Both the position numbers and the translations under genes were made by a program. The notes below the pieces were generated by a model, which was not told the DNA's origin, did not search any database, and saw only the letters and a list, made by a program, of their open reading frames with translations. Below, piece by piece: positions 1 to 11,006 of a stretch of 64,000 nucleotides of DNA. The stretch is from Saprolegnia diclina VS20 (Eukaryota): the NCBI RefSeq assembly GCF_000281045.1, contig NW_008246070.1, positions 149,543 to 213,542 on the forward strand, given 5' to 3'. The stretch's first letter is position 1. Every line of letters starts with the position of its first letter.

Positions 1-828
1 AATGTGGGCATCGAAACTCAAAACTCAAAAGAACATACCCGCAACGTGCAAGTCGGCAAAGATGCTCTTCAGGAGACGCGCGGTCGTGTCCTTGGACGAC
101 GCCTGCGGCACCGTGAGGAGCCCAGGCTCACCGTGGATGCCGAGGCCGAGCTCCATCTCGTTGGCCTTGACGCGTTGGCTGGAAGCGTGGCCCGGCAGCG
201 TGCACGACTTCCAGGCGACGCCCATGGACGCAATGGCGAGGCTATTAACGTGCGCCTGGATCTCTTCCAGCGAGTGGCCTTGCGCAGCGAGCGCGCCGGC
301 AGCCTTGTGCACGAGGACCGTCCCCGCGATGCCTCGACGTCCGGCCTTGGAGCCTTGGATCGCGCAGTCGTCGCCGATGACGACCATCTCGACCTTGAGG
401 CCCTCGGCCTTGGCCTTTTCGATCGCAAGACCAAAGTTGAGGCGGTCGCCCTATGCATCGGGATGAGGCCATCGGCCACACTAGCTCGGTAATACCGTGT
501 AGTTCTTGACAATGAGGAGGCAGCCGTGGGGGCCAGTTACGAGGCGAATGGCCTCGAGCACCTGCTTGGTCGTCGGCGACGCAAACACGTCGCCGCAGAT
601 GACGCCCGTGAGCATGCCGTCGCCAATGTAGCCCGCGTGCGCCGGCTCGTGGCCCGACCCACCGCCCGAGAGGAGCGTCACTTGCTTGGCCTGGAGCTGC
701 TTGAAGTTGCGGTGCAGCACGATCTTGTGCTGGGCGACGAGCGTCAGCTGCGGCGAGCTCGCGACAAGGCCGTCGAGCATCTCTTCGACGGCGGTCGCCG
801 GCGCATTGAGCATTTGGAACGAAGCCAT
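1..828 (-). CDS. DAK1: Dihydroxyacetone kinase/triokinase, N-terminal Dak1 (DhaK) part; runs off the window start
   Basis: Motifs SGGGSGHEPAHAGYIGDGML, FASP, IVKNYT|GDRLNFGLA (joined across a 45-nt GT-AG intron), GRRGIAG and ELGLGIHGEPG. Confidence 0.93.
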
Positions 829-1276
829 GGCAATTCGCGAATGGCTTGTTGTTAGACAGCTCACCTCGTAAATAGTGTGTGATAGCGCCACCTGTCGGGC
901 AACTGCTGTCTCTGCAGTCACAACGTCAAGGTGGACCTCAGTGCTACTGCTTGTGCTCACAGCCATGCTTGAGCTCGCAGTCTAGAGTAGCCACACACTA
1001 CACCAAGCTGCACTACACCGAGCTGCCGTCGCAGGCTGGCGTTGGCACCAAGCTGGTGGAAGTCGTCGCGAGGCCAGAGAAGTGGCCGTGGCGCGGCAGG
1101 TCGGCCGTGATGCGGCAGCTACATAGACAGGCCGATGCTTGCGAAAGAAAGCGCAGTGCTAGGTGCCTGCAACGCATCAACAGCTTCGCTCGCAGCAACC
1201 TCAGACGATTGCGCTCGTCGTATCACACTATTTCGAGTGTGGCGGATGCCGAATCCGTATCGGTGGGACATGCGCG

Positions 1277-1881
1277 ATGGGCCTGCCGAGCGTGTTTGGT
1301 CGGCGGTGGCACGCCACGGCCGCCGCCAAGGGCGTCGCGTACGAAGAGATGGTGGCTAAGGAGCTGCGGAAGCTTGGCTGCGACCTCGCGCCGACGGCCA
1401 TGTCGATGGACGGAGGCATCGACCACATTGTAGGAACTATTTGCCGGCCTTTCTCACGCAGCACACATAGGGTATGTGGGCCTTCCCGGATGCATCTCGG
1501 ATCCGCATCGTGACGCAGTGCAAGCACGAAGAGAAGCCGACGGGTGTGACGTACCTGCGCGAGTTTGAAGGCGTCTTGGGCAAGCAGCCGCCGAGTACGA
1601 TCGGCGTCTTTGCCAGCGCGTCCGGCTACAGCCTCTACGCCAAGCGGTAGGCATCTCCATGGGGACTCGAGGTGCGATGACAGGCTAGGTTCTTTACGCA
1701 GATGGCGCAGCCTGCGATGCGGCTGACACTCAACGGCAGCGATGGCCTCGTCGAGTTTGACATGAACACGCCGGCGAGACGGCTCGTGCCCAAGCTCGTG
1801 CCCGGCTCCACCTTTCTCGACGGCTCCCACGTCCTCGTCTTGACGTACGACGGTCACGTCCTCGACGACGACGATACATAA
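1277..1881 (+). CDS. Mrr-like PD-(D/E)xK restriction-endonuclease-fold protein (RRG7/DUF2034-like), 3 exons
   Basis: Removing introns 1430-1470 and 1647-1688 gives one ORF: KGVAYEE...DGGIDHIG...IVTQCK...YLREFEG...IGVFASASGYS. This is the E...DgGiD...QCK Mrr-cat pattern. Confidence 0.75.
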
Positions 1882-1897
1882 CTTGTTTCTCTGATTC

Positions 1898-3976
1898 TCA
1901 ATATGAAATGTACCACGGGTTGAGCGTCGACCAGCTAAACTGGACCGACTTGGTAACGACAAACGAAATGCCGGACGCGAGCGTGACGCTGAGTCCGAGC
2001 AGCTGGTCGGGCGAGAGTCGCTTGCCCCAGTACCGAATATAGTCGTCGTGGTGGTCGATCTTGTCGATGAGCGCCTTGAAGTACTCGATGCGCCGGCCCT
2101 CGTCGGCCTCGGCCAAGAAGCGCGCATCTTGCAGCTGCAGCAAGTGCATACGCAGCGTGTCGGCGTGGTTGGCTTGGAGCGACACGACCGACGAGAGCGG
2201 GAAGAGGTACAATAGGATCGAGAGCGACCCCGCGAGCGCCGCCATGAGCAGATAGTACGTCGGCATCGGCGCCGTCCCCGTGAGGCAGTAGACTGCCAGG
2301 CCGCCAACAGCAACGACAAACTGAATCATGGCCAGTGACACGAGCACTTGCACAAAGGTCGCGTAGAGCTTGACGGTCGCGACCACCGCGCAGCGGAGGC
2401 GGAACCAAGCGAGAACGTTCCGGCCTCGCGTCAAACTGATGCGCGGTGTGAGTGCGTCAAACTGCCGCCACAACGTCCAGATGACCAGCGTACACGTGCC
2501 GACGCACTGCGGGATGAAGCACATTTGGAAGAGGAACTTGGTGAGCAGAAAGGCCGGGATCGGCGCCACGACCCGCGCGCCGTGCACGAGGTCCAAGTAG
2601 TGCTGCAGCGAGATGTCGGCGTAGACGGTCTCGAGGCGCGGCGTGAGCGCCTGCACGTCGCCGCACGTGGTGTTGTAAAAGGTCCCGAGGAAGCTGAACG
2701 CCGCCTGTCCGTGCTTGGCGACAAACGAAAACGACGTGCTTTCTTGGCCCCGGACGTCGAGCGACGCTGCGTTCTCCAAGCGGAAGGTTGCCGGCTCGTT
2801 CGTCTCAGTACGAAACCCAAGCACCAGCGTGGGGAGACCCCGCGCGGTCGTCGGCGTCGGCTCCAGCAAGAAGCTCCAGATACCTTGGACGCTCTGGCTC
2901 ATCGCGCCCGGTGTACAGCTCGACGTGACGTGGCCCTTGACGCTGTAGAGGACGTTGTCTGGGGAGTTGACGAGCGTGTTGAAGCCGGGGAGGAGAATCG
3001 GGGTCGTCGGCAGCACCCACGTTGTCCACGAGAGCATCAGGAGCAGGTTGAGGCCCATGGTGCAGTTGACGAGCACGACAAGCCGGATCGCCCACTTGAC
3101 GAGCGTCGACCGAATCGACCGCGCGAGCCGCGTCGATGCAAAGTGCTTGGGGAGAAAGCTCGGCTCCAAGGGCCGTTCGTGGTCGTCGACGAGCTCCAGC
3201 GTCCGGAGGTCCGTCGTGAGGCCGAGGAGGTGCGTGTTGGGGATCGACAAGATCAAATTGAGCGGGAGGAGGAGGCACGCGCTCGGAAACACGATCGCTT
3301 GGAGAGCGAAAAAGAGTTGGTAGCGCGCAGTGTACCGGCCGCGCTGCTTGAGCGTCGTCGCAAACGCGAGTCCGACAACGAGGAGGAACACCGTGTAGAG
3401 CTCGAGGAGGCCCCAGAAGAGCACTTGGGCTGTGAATGGCAAGGAGAAGACGATACTGGCGTACGTCGCCCAGAGGTAAGCCCACGACAGAAATGCGTGG
3501 AAGCGGGGCAGGTGCGCATAGAGCTCGGTGATTCGGGCGGGCAGCGGGCACCGAAGCGCTTGCAGCAGCGCGACGAGCGGAAAGCCGACGAGCGAGACGA
3601 GTAGTGGCATCGCAAAGCGCCGACTTAGCGCGACAAAGGAGACGTAGAGGTCGTACTTTTCGACGCGGGACGTACCAAAGATGGTCCACGAGCCGTCGTG
3701 GCCACTGCATTGCGCCTTCTCCTTGGGCGAGAGGGTCTCGTGGCACTTGGCGCAAAAGTGCATTGGCTTGGGATCGAACAGATGGAGAATGAGCTGGAGG
3801 TAGTCGTACACCTTGTAGTCGTGCTGGTAATAGACTGCGGCGTTCGTCGGCATCGGCGCCTGAAACCACACGCTCGCGCAGTGCTCACTTGCGCAGTACG
3901 TGCGCATGCGACTCGTGTCGTCCGACTCGAGCGTAACGGCGACGTCATCGAGATTAGCGTCGGACGACGAGTCCAT
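1898..3976 (-). CDS. Intronless multi-pass membrane protein (692 aa), candidate 7TMIC/GRL/DUF3537-like
   Basis: Long ORF with 7-9 hydrophobic helices, an N-terminal Cys/His cluster and a ~150-aa soluble insert. It ends KALIDKIDHHDDYIRYWGKRLSPDQLLGLSVTLASGISFVVTKSVQF. The CDS is secure; the family call is inferred. Confidence 0.8.
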   Translation of the reverse strand: MDSSSDANLDDVAVTLESDDTSRMRTYCASEHCASVWFQAPMPTNAAVYYQHDYKVYDYLQLILHLFDPKPMHFCAKCHETLSPKEKAQCSGHDGSWTIFGTSRVEKYDLYVSFVALSRRFAMPLLVSLVGFPLVALLQALRCPLPARITELYAHLPRFHAFLSWAYLWATYASIVFSLPFTAQVLFWGLLELYTVFLLVVGLAFATTLKQRGRYTARYQLFFALQAIVFPSACLLLPLNLILSIPNTHLLGLTTDLRTLELVDDHERPLEPSFLPKHFASTRLARSIRSTLVKWAIRLVVLVNCTMGLNLLLMLSWTTWVLPTTPILLPGFNTLVNSPDNVLYSVKGHVTSSCTPGAMSQSVQGIWSFLLEPTPTTARGLPTLVLGFRTETNEPATFRLENAASLDVRGQESTSFSFVAKHGQAAFSFLGTFYNTTCGDVQALTPRLETVYADISLQHYLDLVHGARVVAPIPAFLLTKFLFQMCFIPQCVGTCTLVIWTLWRQFDALTPRISLTRGRNVLAWFRLRCAVVATVKLYATFVQVLVSLAMIQFVVAVGGLAVYCLTGTAPMPTYYLLMAALAGSLSILLYLFPLSSVVSLQANHADTLRMHLLQLQDARFLAEADEGRRIEYFKALIDKIDHHDDYIRYWGKRLSPDQLLGLSVTLASGISFVVTKSVQFSWSTLNPWYISY

Positions 3977-4402
3977 TGCTCCCGCTCGTTGGCCTTTTTC
4001 AAAGTGCGAAAGGCAGCGACGTTCTTGCGGTTGGTGGTGGCAATGGCGGCCACCGACAGCAACATGGACCCAAGGACGTTTCGCGACGCCCCATCTTGGC
4101 CCCACGGATGCTCGCATTCACCGAGTCGAATGAGACTACAGGGCGATAGTCTATCTACAGCTGCGGCAATCCTACAGGCCAACCTTCGTTGCTTGTGATG
4201 CCATATTGATCAAGCCCCGAGTCCTCGTGCTAGCTTCTGCATGAAACAGCTCATTTGGCGTCATCAGTTCGGATTTCTCGAGTGTAGATGCTTTACGAGA
4301 GAGCGAGACGCGGGATCGATACGAGGCGAGTGCATCGCGTCATGAGAGCCAAAGTTAGTGCAATATCAACATGGTATGAGCGAAGGCTTAGTACGGTGTA
4401 GG

Positions 4403-5244
4403 CTACCCGCTGTGCTTGTACGGGACGAGGAGGCAGCCGAGGACGCCATTGCCGAGCCATTGGTGCGGCGTGAGCTGGAGGCGGAAGCGGTCGCTGTCGT
4501 TGCGCTCGACAACAACCTCGATCGGCATGTTCATGTTGCGGAGCACAATGTCGCGCACGGCAGCGAGGTCGCGGTGGTTGGTGGCGTTGGCACTCCCGAA
4601 CGCAATGATGCTATCGTAGGCCTCGAGGCCCGCTTCGCTTGCGGGCGAGTCTAGTCACGCCGTGAGAAGACCTAGGCATGTATGTGCAAGCAACGCACCA
4701 GGCTGGACCGAGTCGACAAGCGCGAACGGCGCCATCTCGAGCACTAGATGTTGACCGTAGGACGCTGTTTATCGCAGTCGAGACGTACCGACAGGGTCGT
4801 CAACCTTGACAAGCAGAGGCGCTTCTTTCTCTGGAGTCCGAATGGGCGCGGGAGGCCGCACGGGCGCTTGGGCTGCAGCGGCTTATGAGGCCGGCAACGA
4901 TTTCATGGAACTCGTACCTGGGGTCGGGACCGCGGGCTTGCTTGCAGAGTAGATGCTGCGCCACATACCATAAGTTTTGATAGGCTATGGCGCCGAGCGT
5001 ACCCGGCCATCACGTCTTCAATGTCCTTCATCACGAACTTGAGGTCGGTCTGGAGGCAGGCGAAGCGGTGGCGCTTGTGGCGAACGGTGTAGACGTCAAT
5101 GTCTCCGCGGGGAAAGCCTTCGGCGTCGATGAGCGGGCCCTTGAGCCCGGCGGGGTTGGGTCCTGACGTCAGCTCCTCCACGATGAGCGCGATCTCGGCC
5201 TCGATCGTGGCGCGCTGCTGGTCGAGCTCCTTGAAGCGGTCCAT
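4403..5244 (-). CDS. PSMD9: 26S proteasome assembly chaperone PSMD9/Nas2 (N-domain + PDZ), multi-exon
   Basis: N-domain GPLIDAEGFPRGDIDVYTVR and PDZ C-terminus PHQWLGNGVLGCLLVP. Confidence 0.9.
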
Positions 5245-5834
5245 CCTTCGAAAATGGTTATTCGACTTCGCCAAGCAAAACGCATTTAACCTTCGCGTTT
5301 TACTTTCTCAAAGCCATAAACGCAACACGGCAAACTGTTTAAACACGACCAAGGTTTTGTGCGCATTTAACCGGATGCATACCTGGCTGAGCGAGCACAG
5401 CACAGAAGACCTCCGATGCTCGACATGTCGCCTGCCCCAAGGGTCAATATAAGAATGCATTTTGATTCCGCCTTGCCTGCCCTTACTGACAGCTCGCAGC
5501 GGTAGCTTCCCGCACGCCAACAAGAGCATGCCTGGCCACTTGACGCTTGGCTTCGGCATCGCCTACGACAGGTCGACACGAGCTCGTGCGCTGGCCTGCA
5601 TCCCGGGCTGTCAGCCACGCTCGTCATAGCGCAGACGACGACTGACGCGTTGGAGCTCCTGGCGACGGCCTGCCGACGCGTCTGCATTCCTGATCGCTGG
5701 TGCCGCCACGCGATCACGGCCCGTTATCCGGCGTCGTATCCGGCAAACATATCTTGACGAGACGCCACTCGGTATCCTTCCTTCCTTGGAATAAGACGCT
5801 TGGCTGGTCCGCGCGCAGGTGAATGCATGGAGGT

Positions 5835-8678
5835 ATGAAGAGCGGTGCCATGTACGACTACACTGCATCGCCCCGCGGAAGCAAGCCACTGAGTCGCCCT
5901 ACGAGCTCAGTCGCGCGGACGACAGCGCTCAAGCGCCAGGTCGCACGCGACGCGACCCCGTCGCCCTCTGCGCGCCGAGCGCCGGTCGTTCTTGACGACG
6001 ACGACGACCGCGACTCGATCAGCAGCCACAGCTCGAGTGTAAGCCATCGGTACGGGTCTAACTTTAAGGTCGTGATCCGCGTCCGGCCGCCGCTGCCGCG
6101 CGAGCTCCAGAGCGACAAGCCGTTCCAGAACGTCGTGGCCGTGGACCCGTCGGGGCACTACCTCAGCGTCTCGGATTCGTCGCACCCGCCGGACGACCCG
6201 TCGCTTCTCAACGCCGGCTCGTCGTACAGCAACCACTCGTTCTCGTTCGACCACGTGTACGACCAGCACAGCACACAGCGCGCCGTCTACGAAAACACAG
6301 CCAAAGCGGTCGTCGAGTCGTCGCTCGAAGGCTACAACGCGACGATCTTTGCCTATGGGCAGACGGGCACGGGCAAGACGTACACCATGGAGGGCTTCAA
6401 CTCGAGCGGCGGCAGCTCCTTGGAGGATCGGGGGATCATTCCGCGCGCGATCGAGCAGATCTTCCTGCATATTCAGGCAAATGTGAGCGCTCGCATGCGC
6501 TTCCTCGTGCGCGCGTCGTACCTCCAGATCTACAACGAGTCGATCTCGGACCTCCTCAAGCCCGAGCGCAACAACTTGACGATCCGCGAAGACAAGAAGC
6601 GGGGCGTGTTTGTCGAAGGGCTCTCCGAGTGGGTCGTGCGGTCGCCAGAGGAGATTTACGGGCTCATGGAGCGCGGTGGCGCGATGCGCGCGACGGGCAG
6701 CACCAAGATGAACGAGATTTCGTCGCGGTCCCACGCCGTCTTTATCATCATCGCCGAGCAGAGCCAGACCATGTACGTCGACACGACCGGGAAGGAGATC
6801 GCGCTCGAGGAGTTCACAGCGCTCGTCAACTCGCAGCCAACGCGGTGCGTCCGGAGTACGAGTGGCCACGTGTCGATTTAGAGTTGTTTGAGTAGAGACC
6901 GCACCAAACTCGAGTCGCTCGTGCGTCAGAGCTTCAAGGTCGGGAAGCTCAACCTCGTCGACTTGGCCGGCTCGGAGCGCGTCCGGCTTTCGGGTGCGAC
7001 CGGCCAGCGCCTCGAAGAAAGCAAGAAGATCAACCAGTCGCTCTCGGCCTTGGGAAATGTCATCGCGGCGCTCACCGACGCGCGCGGGCGGCAGCACATT
7101 CCGTACCGCGACTCGAAGCTGACCCGAATTCTCGAAGACTCGCTCGGCGGCAACTGCAAGACGACCATGATGGCGATGATCTCGCCGGCGCTCGAGGCGA
7201 TCGTCGAGTCGCTGTCGACGCTCAAGTTTGCCAACCGCGCGAAAAACATCAAGAACGAAGCGCGCGTCAACGAAGACTTGGACCAAAAATCGCTCCTGCG
7301 CAAGTACGAGCGCGAGCTCAAGCGGCTCCGCGCCGAGTTGGAGGAGAAGAACCGGAACGTCGTCGATAAGCGGCGGCTCCTCGAGCTCGACGAGCAGCGC
7401 CGGCGCGCCGAGGAAGACAAGATGGCCGCGATCCGCGCGCTGGAGCAGCGCAGCCTCGAGTTCATGCTCGAGAAGGAAGAGAAGAAGAAGCTGGAGCAAC
7501 GCATCATCATGCTCACGTCGCAGATGCTCATGAGCCACCAAAAGAAGCCGCCCACGTCGACGTCGTCGACGGAAAGCACCGAGTTTTCGACCGAAGACCC
7601 GCAGTTTCGACTCGCGTTGAAAGAGCAGCAAGACCGGATTCGCAAAGAGTACGAGTGTCGACTGGCCGACTTGGAGAAGGAGCGCGAGACGATCGAAGAA
7701 GAGAAGGCGCAGGTCGATCGGTACAAGCAGCTCTTGCTCAAGCAGCGAGACATAATGATTGCGCTCACGCAGCGCCTCAACGAGCGCGACGAGCAGATCA
7801 TGGCGCTGCAGGTTCGTTCGTTCGTCGCTTCTCCTGCCTTTACGCTACCTTGGATCAACTAGGACGAGCTCGATGCGTACGACCGGCACCAAAAGGCGCT
7901 CGAAGAAAAGCTCGACGAGAAGACGGCGCAGCTCATCCACTTGCAGCGGGTGACGATGGAGCACAACGCGACGTCGCCCAACAAGAACGCCGAGCTCATC
8001 AAGGCGCTCGGCGAGTGGGGCTTCAAGCAGCAGCGGCCGTCGCCCGAAGGAAGCGCGAAGCAGTACGTGCCGTACGAGCGTCCGACTGTCTACAATTCGG
8101 CCAAGCTCGATAACAATGCGACGCCGCCAAAGGACCGGCTCTTGTCGGCGGACGAGAAGATCGCCGAGCTCCATTGCGTGCTCGAGGCGCAGACGGCCGA
8201 GTACAGCCGCGCGCTCAAAGAGCTCGAAGACGTCCGGTCCGAGAAGGTCTCGGTCGAGTACGCGATGCGCGAAAAGATCGAGTCGTCGGCCGTGCGGGAC
8301 GCCAAGCACGTCGACCTCCAGAGCCGCTGCGACACGCTCACGAAGGAGCGCAAGGCGGTCCAGACCATCATGGAGCAGAAGATCAAGGCGCTCGTCGACG
8401 CGATCGCGCGAGCGAGTGACGCAACGCTCGAGACCGCCGGCGGCGTCGACCGCGTTGGCGAGCCGGCCAAGTGGCTCTGCCGCGAAGTGCACGCGCTGCA
8501 GCGGCTCGTCAACGCCTCGATCGTCGCGCTGCGCAACGCCAACAGCAACGACCCGCCGCCGGCGCCCGAAGCCAGCAAGCCCTCGACGTATACGACCGGC
8601 GGGCTCTCGGTCGAAGAGCTCATCCAGAAACGGCGCCAGCAAATGCAAAAGGACAAGCTGCACCAGTCCCACAAATAA
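5835..8678 (+). CDS. Kinesin-like motor protein with coiled-coil tail (3 exons)
   Basis: P-loop [21 protein letters not shown] and [10 protein letters not shown]; introns 6845-6895 and 7812-7862. Confidence 0.95.
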
Positions 8679-8779
8679 GAACTTGAATAGATTGTGCATA
8701 TTTAATACGAAGACACGGTGATGCGAGTCGTCATGGCATGAGGACGCGACGTCGTCACGAGACAGAGACAGAGGAGAAA

Positions 8780-9690
8780 CTAGGGTGACGGCGTGTCGTC
8801 GAGGAGACTGGCGTCACCGTCGTCGGTCGTGGGCGTTGCCACGTACTCGCCTTTGGCGGTCGTCGTTGTAGTCTTGAGGACGTTGTCGAGGACCCAGAAC
8901 TGGATGACGTTGATGGCGCACGGACCGAGGATCATGACGAGGACGAGTTCCAAGTGGCGGTGGCGCGCGAAGACGGCAAACGCGGACGTTGCGATCGCCG
9001 CGAGCTGCTTGTAGGCCGTGTACATGAGGAGGATGACGAGGCACTTCATGGTCAGCAGCAGCACGACGTAGGCGAGAAGCTGCTTGAGCCAAATGCTACG
9101 CGTCGTGCCATGAGCGCTCCACTGCTTTGCAATGATTCGACGCGAACCGAAAGTTGGGCGGGTCGCCGTACTCGCCCGAGCGCATGATCGATGTCCACTG
9201 CAACCGCGTCGCCAGCTTCTTCATCTGGCGAAGCAGAACTACGCATGGTCGCATGAGCTTGCAATAGCATGCACGCAAGTATCTACTTAGCACGAGAAGA
9301 GTGCCAAGCGTCGCGTCAATGAGGAACGTCATAAAGTAGATTGCACACTAGAGTACACTGAGTGATGCCAAGACGACCATACGCACCTCGTCGTCGCTGA
9401 CGTCGGCCCTGCGTGTCAAGAAGATGGAGAGCAGGATGTTGAGCATGTGGATCATGAGCGCGCCGATGCCTTGCTTGCTCACGTCATAGGTCCAGACCTA
9501 CATCGCGCCATGGGCTACCAGCGGCTGCCACGTAGGTTACGTTGAAGGAGCGCTTGGGCTGCTCGAGCTCGCGCTTGACGTAGAGCACGCCCATAGCGCA
9601 GAAGCCCAAGAGCACTTGGATGAAGCGGGCGAAGCCGTCCGTGAGCAGGAGACACTGGTCCTCGTCGCCCACGTAGTCGAAGCCGTCCAT
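8780..9690 (-). CDS. STIMATE/TMEM110 (YPL162C-like) membrane protein, multi-exon
   Basis: Spliced product has KRELEQPKR...WTYDVSKQGIGA, IDATLG, SGEYGDPP and VIQFWVLDNVLK. Confidence 0.85.
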
Positions 9691-9780
9691 CGGGACAAGA
9701 TTTTGTTTCTTCGGTGAAACCCGAAACCTCTCAATACTTGTACGTGGATGCATATTCGCTTCTACAGTATACTATATTGA

Positions 9781-9907
9781 CCAATCAGAAGCCGCGGCAA
9801 GTTCGAGACGCCAATCGAAATGCGCGAATTTCTAGAACCGACTGGAAAAGCCACGGGCGCGCCAGCTCACCAAAGCTCTCATTTCTCATTTCTCATTTGC
9901 ACTCAAC
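9781..9907 (+). promoter_or_regulatory. Promoter of BAG-HSP20 copy 1: two CCAAT boxes, gap-type heat-shock element, INR/FPR-like core
   Basis: CCAAT at 9781 and 9811; tTTCtaGAAc-(5 nt)-gGAAa at 9829-9848; triple CTCATTT ending CTCATTTGCAC just before the ATG. Confidence 0.65.
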
Positions 9908-10918
9908 ATGACAACAGCTTCCAAGCAGCTCGAAGCGATCGCTGATCGCATCAACCCAATCCAAGACCGACTGCAGTCGCGCCTCCCGCACCAGCACCAG
10001 ATCGTCGCCGCCGCCGTCATGGGCGCCAAGTGGCTCTGCGCCGCGCTACCCGCGAAGGACCATGCGACGATCTACAAGAAGACCATGTTGCAGCTCCAAG
10101 CCCACCGCTTCCGCGTCTTGGAGCAGGGCGAGCTCTTGACGCGCCTCTTATGCGACCTCGACTTGGTGCTGAGCGACGGCGACCCAACCATCCGCCTCCA
10201 GCGCAAGCAGACAGTCCTTCGCATTCAAGACCTCCTCTGCGACGCCGATGCGCTCAAGGCCAAGTGCGACCACCTCTCGGCCTTTGCGTCGCGTCTCCTC
10301 GCGCCTTTTGCCCCCGAGACGCCTCCATCCTCCCCGACCAAGGCTGCAAATGACACTATCGACAACCAGTGCGACAACGACGACAACGTCGATGAGCCTA
10401 TGGACGATCAGGCCGACGAGAAAGACGACCAGAACGACGCCAAAGATGACGACCAGGACGATGCCGAAGACGACGCCGAAGAAGACGCTGAAGATGACAA
10501 CCAGGACGACGGCGAAGAAGAAGAAGACGAAGCGATGACGAACGAGCCTCTGTCGCCCGCAGATGTGGCCAAGCTGCCGATTTGGCGGCCGGCGTATGAG
10601 ATCCGGCGACACTTCGACGGTCTCGCCCTCGTTGCCAACCTGTCTGGCGTCGATCCTGCCAACCTGAGCGTGTCGATCACCCCCGACGGCGTCTTGCAAG
10701 TGACGGGCTACAAGCTGCCGTCAATGACGTCGCCCACCTACGGCCGCTTCCTCCTTCGCGAGCAATTTGCCCTCCAGCTCATCGACGTTCGCAATCTCTC
10801 GTACCAGCTCCACCCCAACGGGACCCTTGTCGTCGTCCTGCCGCGCCGACCGGTCCAGGCTCGCCCTCGGCCTCATGCGCTTCGATCCCCGTTCCTCCAA
10901 GCGCCGTTTGTGTGGTAA
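9908..10918 (+). CDS. BAG domain + acidic linker + HSP20/alpha-crystallin-like domain protein, copy 1 (intronless)
   Basis: BAG signature ELLTRLLCDLDLV..DGDPTIRLQRKQTVLRIQ; ACD-like WRPAYEIR...ANLSGVDPANLSVSI..GVLQVTG...YGRF...NGTLVVVLPR. Confidence 0.82.
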   Translation: MTTASKQLEAIADRINPIQDRLQSRLPHQHQIVAAAVMGAKWLCAALPAKDHATIYKKTMLQLQAHRFRVLEQGELLTRLLCDLDLVLSDGDPTIRLQRKQTVLRIQDLLCDADALKAKCDHLSAFASRLLAPFAPETPPSSPTKAANDTIDNQCDNDDNVDEPMDDQADEKDDQNDAKDDDQDDAEDDAEEDAEDDNQDDGEEEEDEAMTNEPLSPADVAKLPIWRPAYEIRRHFDGLALVANLSGVDPANLSVSITPDGVLQVTGYKLPSMTSPTYGRFLLREQFALQLIDVRNLSYQLHPNGTLVVVLPRRPVQARPRPHALRSPFLQAPFVW

Positions 10919-10951
10919 CGAGGGAAGGATACCGGCTTGTACGACTCTCTG

Positions 10952-10984
10952 TATATAGATACACACATATATATATATATATAT
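10952..10984. repeat. (TA)n microsatellite between convergent 3' ends
   Basis: Imperfect run tatatagatacaca followed by about ten TA units. Confidence 0.9.
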
Positions 10985-11006
10985 TACGATATTCACCACA
11001 ATATTC

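Larger units (their letters stand above)
9781..10919 (+). repeat. Direct repeat copy 1 (~1.14 kb) of 34262-35403
   Basis: The 127-bp upstream region is identical between copies; the CDS differs by scattered SNPs plus indels in the acidic linker. Confidence 0.97.

Noticed and set aside
5907..7631. Long antisense ORFs (also 17306-19312, 30287-31915, 35856-37766, 37827-39602)
   Set aside because: They are shadows of real genes on the opposite strand, expected from strong GC3 bias, and carry no recognisable motifs.
10370..10535. GAC/GAA-rich repeats as a CRISPR-like or non-coding array
   Set aside because: They encode the acidic linker of the BAG-HSP20 protein and have no repeat-spacer periodicity.
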